The notes under the pieces were generated by a model. The model worked only from the letters and a program-made list of their open reading frames with translations. It was not told where the DNA came from and did not search any database. This document shows, in pieces, positions 35,275-49,137 of a stretch of 64,000 nucleotides of DNA (the first letter of the stretch is position 1; every line of letters begins with the position of its first letter). Origin of the DNA: Azolla caroliniana (Eukaryota > Plantae > Polypodiophyta); NCBI GenBank assembly GCA_043228905.1, contig JBHGNT010000018.1, positions 7,812,001 to 7,876,000 on the forward strand, in the 5' to 3' direction. Made by a program: the position numbers and the translations under genes.

Positions 35275-38200
35275 ATAGGAATAAGAAATAATATAAGATC
35301 ATAACGCATGTAACCGTTCACACTAGAAGCGTGAACGGCTAAATAGACCCTGCGTATATAAAGGGCAGAAAACCTCTAATAGAGGGAGCGTGTATTTTGG
35401 AATGTAAAGAAGCGTATCGTAATAGAATTTTATTTTCTCTTAAAGTCTGTGTATAGCTACAGCTAATTTACTGTGTGTCTAGAATACCTGAGCGTGTAAG
35501 AACGTGAGTGTAACCACTGATAAGTAGTCGGTTGTAGTCGTCTCACTTGTACGCTAATAGGTTACGGGGAACATTCCCCTACGCATAACGCATAGATGCC
35601 ACCATTCGTTGTTTCACAATCACTTGGAGGTCTAGGTCGAAGGACTGATCGTAGACCGTGTTCCTAATCGGTAACACTTTTGGCACGCTTGGTGATCTGT
35701 GTCTTCTCACAGACAAACAACGACAAATGGATGTTAAGCCGCAGATGCCCCAGAGAACCAACACGACAAGACTGGCCAATCACAAGGTCCGTCACACGCC
35801 AGGGAGAGGAACACGCACATCAAAAGCCTCGCCTCAACAACCTCAGTACTACATGCCGTGATTACAAAGGTGATTCTTTGCTCTCCAAATACCTCGACGA
35901 TACGCGGGGAGCACGCTCACCATAGCCACCCTGTGGTCTTTCACGACCCTCCGTAGCCCCCAGCATTGCCTTTGCCTATCCCCGTTTTAACGGTGAAACT
36001 GACACCGCAACCCATATTCGCATGTTCCTTAATGTCTAGAATGCGAACCACATGGCGCAGAGCCTTTCGGAGGCAGTCGCGCACCAGTCGAAAATGACGG
36101 AGTTCGGGTTAACATTGGATGGGCGGGCGGCGTTTTGGCATTCACACATGGATTTACCAGCAATCACAACCTTCAATCAGCTGCAGTCCGCTTTCTTGCA
36201 GTTCTTCCATCGGAGGGTTCCACAACGCGAAATTCTCGGATAGTTCTACACGATTAAGGAACTATCGACCGAAACGATCGCAGACTTCAGCTTACGTTTC
36301 CAAACTTTACAGCAGAAACTAGAATGGAGCCCCGCGGAGGACGAGGCTCGAGAGACATTTCTGGCAACATTACACTGACCCATACGGGCAACGCTCAACA
36401 ACAATAGCGTGAAAGGGGAAACGGCGGATATGGTCATTGAACAAGCATTACAGCTCGAGTTGGACGAGGAGGAGGAAAGGTTTTCTATGTCCGACAAGCG
36501 TTACGCCAGGACGAGGAACGCTAGTTTCGTCAAGCAATCCAGTGCACGATTTGCTTGAGCTCGGGGCATTCCGCAGTCAAGTGCAACATGCGAATCCACT
36601 GCCCAATCTGCCACTCTAAGGCTCACACAAACGAACAATGCGAATACAATATGTTGAATAGAGCCGCTCCCACAGTCCGCAGCATGGACACACAACGTCC
36701 CCCACGCCGTACTAAACAAAGGAGGCAAGAAGACCAACCTTGGTATACGGATCGCAACCCACGTGACGACCGGCACCACCGGAATCGCCGAAATCACAAC
36801 GATTCCGAGGAAGAAGAACCAGAGGATGAGGATTATCGTGGACATCCGAGTTATGCTAAAGGGGGCCGGCGCTATGAGAATGAGTGGCCGACAAACAAAC
36901 GTGGCGGCTTCAATGGTTATCGTGGGAAGCCGCGGCAATATCGAGATCGTCGGCGTTATGACGAAAGCTCGGGATATGAGCGACACCAAGAACCACGACG
37001 GGACCAATGACAACCACCACGTGCGTTCCGACAAACAAGGCCGGACCGTGAGGAGCAAGTCGCACCAGGGGATCGGCACACACCACCGGGAGCCGAGAAG
37101 GGCGAATCAAGCATCCATTGTTTTATTTGTTAGTAGCCCGGACATTACGCCACGCAATGCCCAGCACGCAAGGGCAAGGGGCACGCCGTCAATACGATTA
37201 CGGTGGAAGTGCAGCAAGTCAATACGATTCCGCCAGACCATGGAAGAACGGGTGACGGGCATACCAGGGGTGAGCGTCACTACAAACCTTACAGACGTTA
37301 GCGACGGACCGCCTGTAGTGGATCACCACAACCCGGCTATTACATTAATATTACACGGGCAGGAAATTCCTGGATGCGTTATCGATGGCGGCTCAGGCGT
37401 CAATGTAATTAGGCATTTCAGAATGGGAGGCTTGCCCATTCTGGCTCTGAATGGCAGATACCCGCTCAGTACGACCATTGGGGTTAATTCGCAAGATAGG
37501 CATTATCGTGTGCGGACATCGCTTCGACATCTTTGCGGTCATCCTCGCAATGGACGCCCCAGGGGCGTACCTAGGGCTTCTGGGCAAACCATGGCTTCAG
37601 GGAGCAAATATCAAGCCGAGCTGGCAACACAAGTGTATCAGTTTCCGACACGGACGCACTAAGGTTCGCGTACCTACGGAAGGAAGCACGCCACAACCCA
37701 AGGGTATAACACCATTATACACAGAAGATATAAATATGTTGGCTAGGTGGAGGATGCAAAATTAGAGGCATACCTAGATGAGCAGCCTCGTATCATTCCG
37801 TTGTTCGAAATCAACGTCACCGCAACCGTGGCAGAATATGCCACAGCCACTATTCTCCAGGAGGAGGCTTACGAACCAAACCCGGAGTCCATATTGGAAC
37901 TCTGCAGAGCAAGGGCGGCATTCGAAAGGGAAATGGAAATTTTACGACGAGTCACCGCCTACGCCCTGGAAGACGTAAATGTGGGTACGGAGTCGGAACC
38001 CCGTTTCCTCTCCATCGCCAAGGAATTAAGGCCGGACCAGAGAAACACAATGATCGCACTACTCAAGAAATATAAAGATGTGTTCGCTTGGGCTCATGAG
38101 GCCATGAAGGGGTTAGATCCCAAGTTCTATCAACATAAGATCAATTTAACAACCAACGCAAAACCCGTCCAGTAGCACCGCTACCAAATGAACCCGAACT

Positions 38201-38657
38201 ACGCTGTCGTGAAGATCCATCACTACGCGCGGATCGTGAGGCGGAACCACCGGGGTTCTGGACCGGAAGGATTTAGAGTCGATACAAGCTTTGGCGAGAA
38301 AGTACTTAAGATAGATTGGGAAAGAGAGAAGTTGAGATTAAACGATTGAGAAAGATCGATTGAACTTTTTATCTTTGGATTTAAGAAACAAGTTACACCA
38401 TCAATTTGATAACGAATTTCTTCTTCTTAATTTCATAATAATAAAAAAACCCGTGTTTTTTCTCCTCCCCCTTCCCTCTTTTATAGATGCTCTCATGCAT
38501 ATGATGCATGTGAGGGTACAAGACATGCATAAATTGCATTTTTCCATTTGGCGCTTATGTGTTACATGTGGTGCATGATAACCATGTCACTCATTTTAGC
38601 TCTCATGTATGAGAATTTACATGTAAAAGTACAATGATAGAAATATAATTTGAACTA

Positions 38658-38729
38658 AATAGCATGGCTTAATGGTAAGCCAATTGACTCCTAACTTGGA
38701 GGTGCAAGGTTCGAATCCTTACTTGCCCT
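38658..38729 (+). ncRNA. tRNA-derived segment inside the Gypsy E LTR, antisense to the element
   Basis: D-arm GGCTT-AATGGT-AAGCC, loop CTCCTAA, B box GGTTCGAATCC; acceptor stem does not pair. Also present at 62378-62449. Confidence 0.7.
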
Positions 38730-39357
38730 CCTTGTATATGTAAATATGTATATATATTTATATATTTATTTATCTAGTCGCCGGACGCCGGTTCATCGAA
38801 TATCGTCGCCGGATGCCGTCGGTTACCGGTGCCGTCGCCGGATACCGGTGCCTCGCCGGATGCCGTCGGTTACCAGATGCCGGTGCCGGTCGTCGGTCCG
38901 GTTTTGGTTGGCCAAAACCCATTACGAGTAGCTAGCCCACCTCCACTCTTAGTTCAAGTTACCTTGAACTCTCTATGCTCCACACATAGACACAAAGATA
39001 ATATCTTTTGCTCCACCTTATATATGATGAGAGCTATATTTGTCGTGCTTATGTGGGATATCTCACAATTTTCTCTTTTCCTTTCACAAACTTTATACCC
39101 TCATATCTTGATATTTAGTTGTCCGTTTCTCGTGTAATAAAGTGCATTCGAAACCTCCATCATTTTGTACTTAGATATTAAATCTATTTAAAATGTTATC
39201 TTCACAATTATTGTACTATGTGATTCATACTCGATTTCGTTACTTTTATGGGATTTTCACACTATTGCCGAAAATCTTCACGACATCCACCCCCACCAAA
39301 CCGCACGTCCTCCGGTACGTGCCAAGAAGAGAAGAAGTGAGATTTCGACTACGATGA

Positions 39358-42300
39358 TCAATTAGATTCCTCCATATCTTCATTTTCATCCGGCCTAGTA
39401 TGTTCATCGTCGAGGTAATCGAGGTCAGGATCCTTGTCTTGTCTTTTCTTGAAAATCTTTACTCTTTTTCCCGCAATGGGTACGGCCAACCTTGATCCGT
39501 CTAGTTCCGCAAGGTGGTATGTGGCATTATCGTTGGCATTTGTCACCACATACGGCCCGAACCATCTTTTTGCGAACTTCCTTGTTGTACTGTGTTAATT
39601 GTCAAGGGTGTTGTTGTAAACCAAAACCCAATCCCCTTCTTCAATCTTCTTGGGACGAAGTCGATGCGTGTTGTCGAACCGAACTTTGTTCTTTACTTGG
39701 GCTGCCTTCATCATCTTTCGCGCTTTTTCTAAATCTTTAGGTCTTCTTTCAAGTTGCCTTATCCGCGCCGCTAATAACTCTTCTCGGCTCATCTCGTTCT
39801 CCCACGGTATCGCTACCCATGAGGCGATCGTCCTTTCAATGGGCATAATCGGCTTTTGTCCATACATAAGCTTTGTCGGCATATATCCTGTCACCGAGCT
39901 ATGTGTCGTTCTATCGGCCAACAAGGCATAGGGTAATAGTCGTGGCCAATTCCCAACTCGACCGTCGCATGCCCGTACGATGGCTTTAACGATAGGTCCA
40001 TGCCCTCGCTCGATCTTCCCATTTGCTTCCGGATTGTAGGTAGTCGTGAGGGAGAGCTTCACGCCTAGTCTTTCGAAGAGCTCCGTCGCTTCGTGCGCGT
40101 CCAACTCCCCTCGGTTGGCCACTATCTTCCCTACACATCCATATCGGCAAACAACATCTTCAAGTAGAAATTTGCAAACGGCTGAAGTCGTCTTATTTGT
40201 CAAGGCTCGTCCTTCCACTTGATTTGTCAAGTCTTCCCTTGCCAGCGCTAAGTACTTCATTTGTCCCACTCCCATCGGCATCGAGACCAGATCCACCATC
40301 CATTTGAAGTGTATGGTGAGTGGGTATGTCGGCTTTAACTCATCACGATGACGTATATTTGAATATCCTTGGCAAGTTTCGCATGTGGACACGAAATGGA
40401 GTACATCTTTGTACATGCTTGGCCACCAGTACTTCTCCTTCAACTTTTCGAACGTCGCCCATGTTCCTCTATGACCTGCCCAAGCACTCTCGTGGAATTC
40501 GGTCATCAGCGTCTCTTGCTCTTCTTTCTTTACCACCACTCGACGTGGTATTCCTGTCCTTCTTTTTGGATGTCGCCAAAGGAATCCTCCCTTCAAGAAG
40601 TATTGGTAAGCTTTCTTTCGGATTCGTAGGGCCTCCTCCTTTGTCAACGAAGCATCTGTCGTTAATGTTCTTAGGAATCTACCGATGAGTCACCACTCTC
40701 CTTCGTACTCGTTCTCGTTGAAGGCGTGGAGGGTTTGCGTGTCCTGGTCTTCCGCCGGCAATCGAGCCATCTTAAAGAACTTGATGGCGACATCTTCATC
40801 TTCCGAAACCATGTTACTTTCATTTGAAAATCTTGCCGTCGACAGCATGTCAGCCATGGCGTTCTTCTTCCCTGCGATGTGACGGATCTCTGGGTTTAAA
40901 GACTTGATGTAGGCGATCCACCTTAGCATAGCAAGATCTGGGGTCGCACATCCCGAGACCATTCCGAGAATTGGGAGACAATCTGTCTCTATTATCAATT
41001 CTGACCCGATCAGGTAATCTTTGTCCGTCTTCACTGCCGACACAATACCCCAAAGTTCCCGCTTGACTTGGGCATATCTTTGTTGTCGTTCGCTAAGAAC
41101 CTTTGCTCCGAACTGGACGGCATATCGCGCATTATCTTCACCTTCTTGATTGATGACCCACCCGATTCCGGTTGGGCTTATATCTACGGTCACATAAATT
41201 GGTTTCCCTTCGGCATAGTCGGCCTTCCTTAGTGCCGGAGCTTCAAGAAGCAGTTTCTTTAATCTTCGCATCGCCTCTGTGTGCTCGTCTCGCCATTCGA
41301 ACTTTATTCTTTTCTTTAATAGTCCATATAACGGTTCGGCGACATGAGCATAGTGAGGAATCCATATATGATAAAACGCGCACGCTCCAAGGAACCTTCG
41401 AACCTCCGTTTGGTTTTCGCATTCTTCTTTCATGTCTTGGATTGCGTTCACTTTGGATGGCGAGGGCTTCCGGCCGTATGGTCCACACAAGTGACCTACC
41501 ACCAAGATCTCCGATTGCCCGAATGCGGATTTTTCTCCCGAAAATGTCAAATTCGCATCTTCGAGCCTTGGAAGCACCTTCTCGCAATCTTTCATATGAT
41601 CCGCAACGAACTTTCTACAACCTTCCTTATCTTTCGATTCATCTCTCTCCTCATCCGAACATCCTTTTATCGGAATATCATCCAAGAATGGCATCGTGAT
41701 GTTCGGAATGCAATCCTTCAAGACTTTATTCATGGCATTCACCATATGAGCCACCGAGTTCGTTGCGCCTTGGGGTAAGGTACACATCCGCACAAGCCCG
41801 ATCGGAGTCCTCATGGTTGTAATGTCCTGACTGTCGATCGCCAATTGGAATTGGTCATATCCGGAGTAGAGATCGCCAATGGAGTAGATGGACCGGCTCG
41901 CAAACGCGTCGGCAAATTTGTCCACGCTCGGACCGATTCCAGCATTTCGAATTGTCACCATGTTGATGGGTTGAAGATCTTGGATGAATCGCAATGATCC
42001 ATTCTTCTTCAGCACCGTGAACCACCTATTGGAATAAGGAGCATTCGACGGTTCTAGAATTCCCATACTCACCTTCTCCTTTAAGAGCTCGATCAGCTTC
42101 GGAAGGTGTGCTCTCGGAACCGGTATCGGTTTCAAATTCCAAGGCACATAAGGCACCGTGAAGATCACCATCGACTCTATAACCTTTGGGTCGGCGCATC
42201 CGATTTCTCGTGGGAAGAATGCGAAAGCCTTCCCATGTCTCTCAAGCATATCGCGAAACATTCGCTCCTCTTCAGGGAGAAGGAAATCCTCCTTTCCAAC

Positions 42301-42849
42301 TCGTAGCTTCCCCTTCGTCTCTTTGGTGAAGACATGACCTATCTTCTTCGGATCTCTTAAGCTTGGATCGTTAGCGACTTCCTTCATCTTTTGCCAGCTA
42401 TCTTCCAGTAGCAGAACCGCAACTGGCTTGATCTTCTTATCCACCGTTTTATATTTCGTGTTGATGTCAGCTTCCTTCATCGAGATGCCACGACGGTATT
42501 CATTGATGATAGCGTACATGTTGACGGAGTTAACCGAAATCACGCGTTGGTTGTGAAGATAGCTCAAGTCCACGACGTCCTCGATTTCGCCGATGGTGTC
42601 GTTAAATGAGGCTTATTCCATAATATGAGTCACAAACTCTCCTTCTTCTATTATGTTCTCTTCTTTCAGCATCTTCTCAAATTCTTGTATCCGGTGCTTG
42701 TGCTTCTTGTCGGGTAGTACTAGTTTACATGCGCCACTAGGTGTGACACATGTTGCTTCTCCTTGCAATCCACGCACTCTTCTTTCTTGTGGGGTCTTGT
42801 GATTGCTCGGACTATTTGTGCCCCATGCTTCAATAGTCCACTCTAAAAA
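39358..42849 (-). pseudogene. Gypsy E pol (RT, RNase H, integrase) in the -1 frame relative to gag-PR
   Basis: FIQDLQPIN, DLYSGYDQF, LPQGATNS, FLDD, integrase H..H..CETC, RWFGPY; a few in-frame stops. Confidence 0.9.
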
Positions 42850-45041
42850 TCCGAGGATTCGCCTCCGAGACTATCTCGATTCCTTTCATGATTGGCTCGC
42901 ACCGTTAGGAATTGGACCGATCTTTGGTTGTCAAGACTCTTTATTCGTGCGAAGGCTGCTCCATTATCGAACACTTTGGTCTCCATCCGAGATGATGTGA
43001 TATAAGGTTGCCCTAGGATGACAGGATGCGACGCTGATTCTTGTACGAAGAAGTGTTGATCCATCTCCACATCCCCGATCGTGACTTTGACATTGGGACA
43101 AGCTCCATACAAATCCTCCGTAGACTTTGTTGCCGCGCGAATCTTCCATCCGTGGTTTGTATTGATTGGCCATCTTCCTTTTTTGTAGAAGTCGGTTGAC
43201 ATGACGTTAATCTCCGAGCCGTGGTCGATCAAGGCTACCACGGTCTCTTTCTTCTCCCCGATCTTCACCGGCGTCTCCGTTGTTGCTCGTGCCCAATGAG
43301 GTCGAGTATAGTGGCTGTCCACCATATCTTCATCGACTACGTCTCTTGCCATCGTTATGGCATTCGTTTTTGCTTTTTGCGGCTTCTCTTCTTCCTCGTC
43401 CAATTGTTGTCTCTTTCTCTTTACAAGGTCCACGATCGTGTCATGGAACTCCTTCTTCGTAATGCCAAGAAATTCCCTCAAGGACAAAGTTACGTGGCTA
43501 TCAAGAACTCGTTCTTCGAGAATCTTCTTTAGGTCCGTCGTCTACTCTATCTCCGACCTTAGCTTATAGGTAGGTATGGTCCTTGTCCTCCGAGCGGGGT
43601 CTTTGACACCAACCTTCACGGGCCGAACCGTTTCTTCAACTCGTATGCTCGGCTCCCCTTTTCGGCTTGATTCTCGTTCCTCCGTTTGTAAAGGTCGACT
43701 CGTCTCCGCATCGTTCTTCTTTTTCGCGTTCCTTGTTTCATGTCTTTTTGATGGCCCTTGGTCTTCTATTCTCTTTCTCTTTTCTTCGACGAACACCTCG
43801 TGGTTGTCGCACATCACCTCTGCGAGTATGGTGTTGTCGTCCACCGGATCCGACCACCCGGTTATGCTTTGCACGCTTCGGTCCGCAAGCTCTACCTCGT
43901 TCGATGTGATTTTTCCCTTCTTCTCATATTCAAGAACGGAAGTCCAAAACTTTGCTCCCGCTCTAGCAGCTTCAGTCTTGTCTTTCCCGACTCTTATTCC
44001 GGCCGACGCAGCATAGTGCATCGCATCCACATGAGTCGCATCGGCATCCTCCATAGATCTCTTCATTCCTACTCTTCCGAAATTCACCCGTAGGGGTCTT
44101 CTAGTCTCGCTTGAGCAGATCATGTTGTCCTCTATGTATACGATATTTTGTCGAATCACCTCTCGAAGGCTCGCACAATCCCTTCTCATGTGGTCCATGC
44201 TATCGCACCACACGCATCTAAAGGGTTCTTTTCCTTTAGGGCCTCAACGATTCATGTTTGCTAGAGTGACCTTCTCGAACTTCTTCGCTAGCTCTTCAAT
44301 GATGTCGTCATCAATCTTCTTTTCTTCCACGTTACTTTGTCTTGGCGGCTCAACTACTTTCGGCGGTCTTGCTTTCTCCGTGGTAGTCGGTCCCGTCAAG
44401 TCGGTGTCATCAACCCATTGGCGACACTTGTCGAGCCTATTGCATGCCCGCTTCACCGCGATCCAGTCCGCTACGAGCCCATTTGCTTGGGTATCATCTT
44501 CGAGAAGAGTCCCCAACTCCCGTCTATCCTTTATGTCCACGGCCTTCAAGAAGTACGAAGTCTTGTCCTCTTCAAGCAACACTTGGTCCGTATTGGGGAG
44601 ATGACTAAACATCTGGTCGAATTCGTCGTACACCCTCGAGACGCTCATCTTCTTATTCTTCTTCTCTATCCACTTCATCAGGGCATGTTGAGTCATCCTC
44701 GTTGAGTCTTCAGTCACGAACTCCGCTAGTATCGTTTTCTCGAACTCGGACCATGTTGTCTTACCTTCTTGAAGCTCGATGACGCGTCTTTGGATGTTGT
44801 TGGCGACAACTCTCTTGAAGCTTGCGATTTGACGTGCCTCGGACACGTCCCTTTGATTCATCTCCCTTCTATATGCATCAAGGAACTTTGTAACGTTCCT
44901 TCCATCGAATTGGCCCTCGAGCTCTACGACACGATCGACAGCCTTCTCCACGCTCCCATCGTTATCCCGAGATCTCATCATCTACTCGACGATTAGCATC
45001 ATCCTTTCGAGCTCTCCCGCTTGGTTGCTTGAGGACGCCAT
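42843..45041 (-). pseudogene. Gypsy E gag-protease
   Basis: ATG 45041 is in frame with ORFs 44981, 44213 and 43487; knuckle CVWCDSMDHMRRDC; protease LIDHGSEINV. Confidence 0.88.
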
Positions 45042-45082
45042 CTCCAAGTATTAATCTCGACTTGATCCTTCCTACCACCTCG

Positions 45083-45100
45083 TTCACATCGGGTTCACCA
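45083..45100 (-). promoter_or_regulatory. PBS of Gypsy E, tRNA-Trp
   Basis: TGGTGAACCCGATGTGAA matches the complement of the recalled plant tRNA-Trp 3' end (TTCACGTCGGGTTCACCA) with one mismatch. Confidence 0.85.
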
Positions 45101-45639
45101 CTTAATTATGTCGTGAAGATCCGTCACTACGCGCGGATCGTGAGGCGGAACCACCGGGGTTCTGGACCGGAAGGATTTAGAGTCGATACAAGCTTTGGCG
45201 AGAAAGTACTTAAGATAGATTGGGAAAGAGAGAAGTTGAGATTAAACGATTGAGAAAGATCGATTGAACTTTTTATCTTTGGATTTATGAAACAAGTTAC
45301 ACCATCAATTTGATAACGAATTTCTTCTTCTTAATTTCATAATAATAAAAAAACTCGTGTTTTTTCTCCTCCCCCTTCCCTCTTTTATAGATGCTCTCAT
45401 GCATATGATGCATGTGAGGGTACAAGACATGCATAAATTGTATGTTTGCCATTTGGCGCTTATGTGTTACATGTGGTGCATGATAACCATGTCACCCATT
45501 TTAGCTCTCATGTATGAGAATTTACATGTAAAAGTACAATGATAGAAATATAATTTGAACTAAATAGCATGGCTTAATGGTAAGCCAATTTGCATATGTA
45601 TATGTAAATATGTATATATATTTATATATTTATTTATCT

Positions 45640-45945
45640 AGTCGCCGGACGCCGGTTCACCAGATACCGTTACCGGTGCCGTCGTCGGTTGCCGTCGCCG
45701 GATGCCGTCAGTTACCGGTGCCTCGCCGGATGCCGGTGCCGCCGCCAGATGCCGTCGGTTACCAGTGCCTCGCTGGATGCCGGTGCCGCCACCAGATGCC
45801 GTCGGTTACCGGTGCCTCGCCGGATGCCGTCGCTGGATACCGGTGCCACCGCCGGATGTCGTCGGTTACCAGATGCCATCGGTTGCCGGATTGCCGTCGG
45901 ATCACCGTCGCCGGATTGCCGTTGGATGCCGCCGGATCACCGGCT
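45640..45945 (+). repeat. GC-rich degenerate minisatellite (GCCGGAT/GCCGTC units) in the Gypsy E LTR
   Basis: About 300 bp here, ~125 bp at 38778-38900 and ~70 bp at ~62500-62570. Confidence 0.85.
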
Positions 45946-48900
45946 CCACACATAGACACAAAGATAATATCTTTTGCTCCACCTTATATATGATGAGCTA
46001 AAACCCATTATGAGTAGCTAGCCCACCTCCACTCTTAGTTCAAGTTACCTTGAACTCTCTATGCTCCACACATAGACACAAAGATAATATCTTTTGCTCC
46101 ACCTTATATATGATGAGAGCTATATTTGTCGTGCCTATGTGGGATATCTCACAATTTTCTCTTTTCCTTTCACAAACTTTATACCCTTATATCTTGACAT
46201 TTAGTTGTCTGTTCCTCGTGTAATAAAGTGCATTCGAAACCTCCATCATTTTGTACTTAGATATTAAATCTATTTAAAATGTTATCTTCACAATTATTGT
46301 ACTATGTGATTCATACTCGATTTCGTACGTTTTATGGGATTTTCACACTATTGCCGAAAATCTTCACGACAACGCGACCCGCGTAAAAGACGAAATTGAC
46401 AAACTCCTGAAGGCGGGGTTCATACGGCCAGTTAAACAAGCCACATGGTTAAGCCCGATAGTTGTCGTTCCAAAGAAAAATGGCACAATACAGGTATGCG
46501 TGGATTACCCAAAATTAAACGTCGTAACCATTACGGACACATTCCCTTTACCATTCACCGATAGCGTACTAGACGTCGTCGCAGGGCATGAGATGTACAA
46601 TTTTTTAGATGGCTTCAGTGGGTATAACCAGGTACGTATGCATCCCGAGGACCAAGAAAAGACGGCATTTGTCACGGACTAGGGAGTCTTTGTGGCCATC
46701 GTCATGATGTTCGGGCTAAAGACGGTGTTGGAAACATTTCAACGGACAATTACGGAGATCTTTGGGGAATACATTCCGGCATTCATGCAAGTTTTTTTAG
46801 ACGACTTTGCGGTATATGGGAGAACAATAGACCATTTTACGCACTTGCAACTATGCTTGGAACGTTGCCGCACCGCACGCTTAAGCCTAAATCCCACGAA
46901 ATGTGCTTTCAACGTGACCAGCAGGACTCTCCTGGGCCATATAGTCAGCAAGGAGGGAATAGCGATCGATTCGAACAAGATCTCCGCGATTACGCAAGCA
47001 AAAACTCCAACAAACGCGAAATCACTCGGCCGGTTTTTAGGACAAATAGGGTGGCATAGTCGGATGATACAATATTTGGCAGACTTCGCCACGCCGTTAC
47101 ATGTTGTCGTGCATCGGACTCCCTTCCAATGGACCGCAACGGAGGACAAGGCCTATGAGGAACTTAAGATAATGCTCACACAAGCCCCCGTCGTACAACC
47201 ACCAATTTGGGCAAAGCCATTCCACATGTTCGTCAACACCTCGGACATAGCAATAGGAAGTGCACTAATGCAACTCACCGAACCAAACTGGTACCGGCCA
47301 GTGTACTACGGTAGTCGCAAATTATCAACAACAGAGCGTAACTATTCCACAATAGAGCGGGAGGCACTAGGGATGATCTATAGCATCAATAAATTCCGAC
47401 ATTATTTACTAGGGAGGAAATTCACGTTCCACATGGATCATTCGGCGCTGTTGTATTTGGTGGAGAAACAAGCCTTGACAGGGAAATTGGCGCGATGGAT
47501 GTTGCTACTTCAAGAATTCGATTTCGTAATCCGGCACCGACCAGGGACACAACATGCAGTGGCGGATTTTCTGAGCAGACTCGAGAATGGAGAAACAGTA
47601 CAGAATGATGACAAAGATTTTCTGGACGCCGACATCTTGCGGGTAGCAACACTAGCAAAAAGAACAGAATCGACCTTTCCAGACCGGTGGCTTATGGAAA
47701 TGACATACTTTTTTACTACGGGGCTGCCTCCACTACAATTACGCACGGACGAGAAGAAACGACTAGTCGTCCGAAGACGTAACTTCTGCCTTGTAGAAGG
47801 AGTTTTATATCACAAAGGAAGTGACGACATTTAGTGACGTGGGATACGTCAGGATGAGAAAGAAATAGTTTTACGGCAGGCGCACTGCGGCACGGCAGGC
47901 GGCCATTACGCGGGCGATGTTACAGCCCGGAAAATATGGCAGGCGGGCTTATGCTGGCCGACAACGCAGAAGGACGCATCTGAGTATTGTAGAAAGTGTG
48001 ATTTGTGTCAACGGATGGGCCAGCCCACGGAGGGCGCAAGGATGCCACACCAACCCGTATTACCGCTAGACCCCTTCCAAAAGTGGGGATTGGATTTTCT
48101 GGGGCCCTTCACACCGGCAACAGCCTGTATGGCCAATAAATACATATTGGTAGCCACAGATTATTGCACCAAGTGGGTAGAAACAAAGACACTATGAGAA
48201 AATACGGCGGCCATCACAGCGAGATTCCTTTACGAGCACATCTGGTGCCGATTCGGCTATCCGATTGAGCTCATCAGTGACCATGGGAGTCACTTTCTCA
48301 ATATGGTGGTTCAGGAACTAACACATCATTACGCCGTAGTCCATAAGAAGAGTACGCCATATTATCCACAGGCGAATGGGTTAGCCGAATCCACCAACAA
48401 GACGTTGCAGACTATCTGGAAGAAAATCGTCAATGAATATAGAACAGACTGGGATACCAAATTACAGAGTGCGTTATGGGCATACAGAACCAACTACAAA
48501 ACAAGCATACAGTCAACACCGTTTTGACTAGCGTTTGGGCTGGAGGCTGTGATGTCGGTCGAATTTCAGGTACCCAGTTTGCGGATTCAGGTACGGGACC
48601 GACTATCGGAAGCCAAATTGGAGGAGGTACGGCTCCACCAGCTACTCGAACTCGGGGAATAACGCGTACACAGTATGGCTATGTTGGAGCAGGAATAACG
48701 ACGGCGTAAAGCGTTTGTGGATCGACATCGGAATGCAAGGGAAAAGGAGTTCGTCGTCGATCGAGCGGTGCTGGTTTTCCAAACCCGCATGGGCCATATG
48801 CCAGGGAAGTTACGATTCCGCTGGACCGGCCCATGCTAGATAATTGGAGCAGAACAAGGCACATTCCAACTAGGTACGCTGGCCGGGGAAATAGTACGAC

Positions 48901-49137
48901 AAAAGGTGAATGGGTTTTGCCTCAAACCTTACCTGGGCCATATGCCACCTAACCGATTCACCGCCGAACAGGACAGAGCCGGAGAATCTGCGGCGTAAAT
49001 GGATGGCCCCACTTGTACCATAATGTAAAAATAGGTTGTACATAACCGTTACAAAAAAAAAACGAGAAGATAGCGACACTATTAAAAGGACTAAATGCAT
49101 GCACAGACTCTTACTTCAAGAACACACGGCACCACGA

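Larger units (their letters stand above)
38205..46371 (-). mobile_element. Gypsy E, full-length divergent Ty3/Gypsy element (resembles fungal Ylt1-type elements)
   Basis: LTRs 38205-39285 and 45109-46371 with 12-bp inverted termini TGTCGTGAAGAT, 4-bp TSD ACGC, PBS 45083-45100, PPT-like GGTGGGGGTGGA 39286-39297. Confidence 0.95.
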
